Assembly: GCF_001194135.2 (NCBI RefSeq)
Contig: NC_068988.1
Coordinates: 65,177,867 to 65,230,791, forward strand
Length of the DNA stretch: 52,925 nt
From: Octopus bimaculoides
Lineage: Eukaryota
Direction: 5' to 3'
The stretch's first letter is position 1. Every line of letters starts with the position of its first letter. Below are positions 48,175 to 52,925 of this stretch, one piece after another. The notes beneath the pieces were generated by a model. That model was not told where the DNA came from. It saw nothing but the letters and a program-made list of their open reading frames with translations, and ran no database searches. The position numbers were made by a program, and so were the translations under genes.

Positions 48175-48529
48175 TAACGGATCAGAAAACTGATCCAAAA
48201 TAAATGCTGTATAAAAACATTCTAGTTGTGACCATTCCTCCAGTGAAATATTGATGTACAATAATGAAATCATGTAGCGGCTCCAATCCAACATTGTAAC
48301 TATTCTTTTATTAATTTCAGTCATTAGACTACAGCTATGCTGAAGCACTGCCTTCAAGGGTTTTAGCTGATTGCACTAACCTCAATACTAATTTCTACCT
48401 GGTACTAGTTTAATCAATCTACTTGTTGAATTTTCTCCAAGCAGTGTATCTAGACCTATTAGAATGCAATATATAACCACTTTTTTTTCTTTTTTTAATA
48501 CAGTAAGATTTAATTTGATAGTCAAACAA

Positions 48530-48722
48530 CTTAGCATTCAGATTACTGTCAAATTTAATGTTTTTACCTTGTTTTGAATTAATCTTGTATCAATGATATG
48601 ATTGTTTAATTTTTGAATGACAATGTCATGTAGGTGCAAGAAGCCAGATCTGGCCAGTTTGAACATAAAACAGATTGATTTTGGGGGGCTGGACATAGCT
48701 GGTTTAAATGCTAAAGGGTTAA
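48530..48722. mobile_element. piggyBac-like MITE
   Basis: Family internal sequence, ending TTTAAATGCTAAAGGG|TTAA. Confidence 0.7.
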
Positions 48723-49189
48723 GCTGCTATTTTTACTGAGTTAACCAAGCAACCAAAGAGAAGCCCACTATCAGCTCAGATCACTTAAATAGCTGGAATT
48801 TGCTTTAGCCAGAGGATGAAGAACAGCACCTCTGACATTTGATAGGGTATCTGATATGAGGAGATGGGGGTAGGGTAAGGGGGCAATAAACCAGGACTCT
48901 TGAGCTACTACAGTATGAAGCAGTGTATAAAATATAAGGAATTTATATTCACACAAGTCATCTGGTCTGAATACTTGCAGTGTGAACCCTACTACAGGTA
49001 CCTTGGGACCAAATGGCGATAATATTAACCCCTTTTTGATACCAACCTGCCTAAGACTACCATCAGTTCTTGTTTTAATCCTTTTACTATACTTCTATTG
49101 ATATACACTGCCTTTGTTTCAATTAATTCAAGTAATTAAGAGTTTATTAAAATATCTGTCGTTAACTTGGTATTTGGAACACAGTGAAG

Positions 49190-49490
49190 AGGCATGGCTA
49201 TGTGGTTAAGGTATTCAGCTTACACTCATAAGGTGATGAGTTCGATTCCCAGCAGCACATTGTGTCCTTGAGCAAGGCACTATTTTACATTGCTCCAGTC
49301 CACTCAGCTGGCAAAATGAGTACCTGTATTTCAAAAGGCCAGCCTTGTCACATTCTGTGTCATGCCAATTCTCTGAGAACTACATTAAGGGTACACATGT
49401 CTGTGGAATACTCAACCATGTTAATTTCACAAGCTGGCTGGTTTGTTGACTGGATAAACTAGAACACTTGTCATAACCAATGGCGCATAA
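49190..49490 (+). mobile_element. tRNA/CORE-like SINE sharing its 3' tail with SINE C
   Basis: Head GGCATGGCTATGTGGTTAAG...GAGTTCGATTCC, CORE-like TGTGTCCTTGAGCAAGGCAC, and tail CCTGTATTTCAAAAGGCCAGCCTTGTCAC...TTAAGGGTACAC as at 10835-10990. Confidence 0.7.
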
Positions 49491-50632
49491 ATTAACAGGA
49501 AATTTTGAAGGAAGGTTTTGATTTAGATCTCAAAATAGAAACTGGTTCAGTCAGTTCAAAAATTTTAAATGATATGAGTTGAAATATGTTAAAAGAGTTA
49601 AACTGCGTGACAGATTAAGTCTATCACCCAAAATCAATTAGTTCAGATTGGCTTGCACAGAGTTTCTGTCTATCTAATTTCACTTACAAGGCTTGTGTTG
49701 ATGTTATTGCAGAAAACATCTGCTCAACATGCCTCAAAGTAGGATTGAGCATGCGACTGTGTGGTTACGACTTCCTAATGCCAACGACTCCAAGAAGGTT
49801 CCATCATTTAACATCCATTTTTCAAGCTAGCAAGGGTTGAATGGCTTGACAAAAATTGGCAAGCCAGATGTCTGTGCCAAGCTGTCTGTCTTGGCAAGGG
49901 TTCTATAACTGGATGCCCTTCCTAACACCAATCACTAGGTACTGTGGATACAAACTTGCAATCCAGTCATGGAACCTAAATTGAGTAAACAGATCTGATG
50001 TAGCTACTGTCAACAAGCATGTATAAAATGAAGATACTAATATACCAGAGAAGGTTACAACACAAATTTCATGGTTATTTGATGAACTAAGAGATATGAA
50101 TTTTATGAATGGTTTCAAAAAGAAAAATCACTGCCACTAAGTGGAATTGTTGTATATCAGCAGTGATCAAACTGATGTAACATTGCACACAGAACAAGGA
50201 AATACATCAAGCTGTGTGTGTGATAACAGTTGTCTTAAACTTGATCATCCCAGTTGAAGTAGTGAAAACCTGGTAGGAAGTGGTTTCAAATTAATCAAAG
50301 AACAAGTTTTAACAGGAAATCTGGTTAATGATAAAAAGATAACCTTTTCACTAACACATGTCTGTGTGATTAAAATATCAACGAGGAAAGAAGATAAAAT
50401 GATTTTACATTGATACGAAGCTGCAAATTATAGGAAAGGCATATTGACATCTATATCAACCTCTGTACTTAAGTGGTATTTTATTGACCATGAAAGAATA
50501 TACGACAAAGCTGACTACTAAAACAGATTTTGTTTCTTAAAGACTGATGTGGTTAAAATGCTTAGTAATAACAGCTAAAATTTCCAAAATGGAAGTTCAA
50601 ATAGCAAAACACAAGCACAACATTATCTAGAG

Positions 50633-51295
50633 CAGCACTTCTCCAACCTTTTTGAGGAACCTAGGGAATACATTCCATCTTAGAGAACCTTTATATAAAA
50701 AGTATCATATATCTTTACTAATTTTTTGTTTTGTAAAGTTAAATATCATCATCATCATTTAATGTCCGTAGCCCATGCTGGCATGGGTTGGATGGTTTGA
50801 CTAGACTGGCATGCTGGAAGGCTGCAACAGACTCCAGTCTGAGTTGACATGGTTTTCTAAGGCTGGATGCTCTTCCTAATGCCAACAACTCTGAGAAGGT
50901 TCCATCATTTAACATCCATTTTTCATGCTAGCATGGGTTGGATGGTTTGACAAGAGTTGGCAAGCCAGATGTCTGTGTCAAGCTGTCTTGTTTTGTCAAG
51001 GCTTCTATAACTGGATGTCCTTCTTAACACCAAGGTACTTTTTGATGTTTAATCCATCAGCTGTCACTAACAAAGCTTAAGAGATTTCATCTTAACCAAG
51101 ACCTTGTTTAGACCAAATTCCCTACAATTCCTTATAAAGGCAATTTTTTTTTTCCTGGAGAATTTTCCTACTTAAAAAAATATGCCATATCTGTATGATG
51201 AAATTACAAAGAATTAAGCACAAAAATAACCTAAAACTGCATTTGCATATAATTAGCATATCACTATTTCTTGCGGAACCCTGGGAGAAATGCTG
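50633..51295. mobile_element. hAT-like MITE with nested minus-strand RTE tails (~50750-51035)
   Basis: Termini CAGCACTTCTCC / GGGAGAAATGCTG with GGAACC subterminal motifs. The TSD is not convincing. Confidence 0.5.
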
Positions 51296-51959
51296 ATGAG
51301 AACAATGTACAACAATAAAAGACTGAATTTGGTATTAGTGTCACATGTCAAATCAAAATATTAATGGATTGTAACTTGATTTAGTAAAATGTAGATATAG
51401 ACTTAGTATGGAATGAATTGAGGCAGAGTGTCGATGGAAACTGAGAACAATGACAGAAAAAATAAGGATAAAGATTAATTCGGTACAAGGACAAAACGAA
51501 TTAGTTGATTTGCGAATCAATTCAATGGTTAACAATTACTCATAAGCATTTGAATCAGATATCAAGTCATTTCATGGTTATTCTGATTTCAGTTGAAAAC
51601 ATGCATGACGTTTGAAATAGTGCTCCAGCTGGTTCTGAGCATTTTGAACTAGGTCTGTTTAATACATAATATACATAAATGGTGACTGTCCCAGAGCTAT
51701 AGAAGAGATAATAATGACTATAAACTCCAATCAAAAGCCATTCAATTCCCATACAAAGAATGTTTTCAGCACAATAGATTTAAAGAAAAACCAAATTCTA
51801 TAAAAATTATCCAAAAGAAGAATAAAAAGATAAATATACGAATTTAAAATAGAGACAAAAATTAATTTCTTGAAAGCATAGTTCATAAACCGAAATGCTT
51901 TTGGCTAACTTTAAATTTTCATGTTCATATATTTTGAAATTATTTGAAATAAATTTTAG

Positions 51960-52345
51960 TTATCCCAACCACATAGTTCCAGGCTCAGTTCCACAGCATG
52001 ACACCAAGGGTAACTGTCTACCACAGCCCTGGGCCAACCAAAGTCTTGTGAGTGGATTTCATAGAAACTGAAAGAAACTTGTGTGTGCATGTGTATATTG
52101 TCTTCAACCACCACCTGACAACTGGTGTTGGTTTGTTTTCATCCCCATAACAGTTCAGCTAAAGAGATCTGAAAGAATAAGTACCAGACTTAAATAAAAA
52201 AATTAGTACTGGCCAGATCCAGCCTATCACACCTACCATACAATACCATTATCAAAAATAATCACATAACTGAAATCTCAAGGCTGAAAGTTAATGCAGG
52301 ATAAATTCAGAACAGTGTGAATAAATAAGCATTACATTTGACAGA
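51960..52345 (+). mobile_element. Diverged SINE A followed by a piggyBac-like MITE fragment
   Basis: SINE A motifs at about 51960-52200, then MITE sequence ending AATGCTAAAGGG|TTAA at about 52342. Confidence 0.6.
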
Positions 52346-52840
52346 ATAATGCTAAAGGGTTAATAGAAATTAAGCAAGTACTGAGTCAAAATAGACCAGT
52401 CTTATTTATCCTTGTTTGTCTTTGTAATTAAGTATCTTGATCTCTAAATGCAGAGTTCACAGCTGTTTTCATGGCATGAATTTTCTTTTTTTTTCTGTGC
52501 ATGAATATTCATGTTAAAATAAGATTCTAACATGCCACTAAATTCATTGTAAATCATTATTGCTCCTCAAAATAGGACAACAGCCTATTGTAGATAACAA
52601 TCCAGAAAATATTGTACCTATTCCTTCAATAACTACAAAGTAAAATGGGTGGAATCAATTTTCCTCTCAAGAAACACAAAGAAAGGAAACACTTGCAGAT
52701 AGAATGAATTCAAAAACAAGCAGCTAGGAGTAACCACACTCTGCAGAAAGTCATTTTACCTTTATATAAAAAGCATTAAGGTGGAAAAATAATTCAATTT
52801 CTGCTATTCCTCTGCTGTTATTTCATAGTTGTGGGGCTAG

Positions 52841-52841
52841 T

Positions 52842-52883
<42 letters not shown>

Positions 52884-52915
52884 CATATATATACATATAC
52901 ATATATATATATATA
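52841..52915. repeat. (TA)n/(TACA) microsatellite
   Basis: Read directly from the sequence. Confidence 0.9.
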
Positions 52916-52925
52916 AGAATGAGAT

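Noticed and set aside
51567-51752. Minus-strand ORF with an acceptor-like TTATCTCTTCTATAG, a candidate upstream RMI2 exon
   Set aside because: No homology and no convincing donor; it cannot be supported without transcripts.

Overview
AT-rich, repeat-dense eukaryotic scaffold with many N gaps. The SINE and LINE families and the (TA)n/(CA)n density suggest an octopus genome; this is an inference from recalled repeat families, not a database hit. One host gene is well supported: RMI2, on the minus strand, in three coding exons (43766-43599, 38136-38037, 36447-36272) that splice in frame through GT-AG sites into a 147-aa OB-fold protein. The rest is layered mobile DNA: three tRNA-derived SINE types (called A, B and C here), many 3' ends of an RTE-clade LINE, remnants of R4/Dong-like, CR1-like and Penelope-like retroelements, two Gypsy remnants, a mariner remnant, and hAT, piggyBac-like and Tc1/mariner-like MITEs, several with visible target-site duplications. 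The most novel-looking signals are (i) tandem compact H-type pseudoknot candidates with compensatory changes in the RTE 3' UTR, (ii) an isolated ~140-nt near-perfect hairpin at 30930-31069, (iii) a Gypsy LTR flanked by both a PPT and a PBS just downstream of and antisense to RMI2, and (iv) an out-of-frame uORF overlapping the RMI2 start. No rRNA, true tRNA or CRISPR array was seen, and no complete novel multi-gene system is supported. Repeat boundaries are approximate unless a TSD is quoted.
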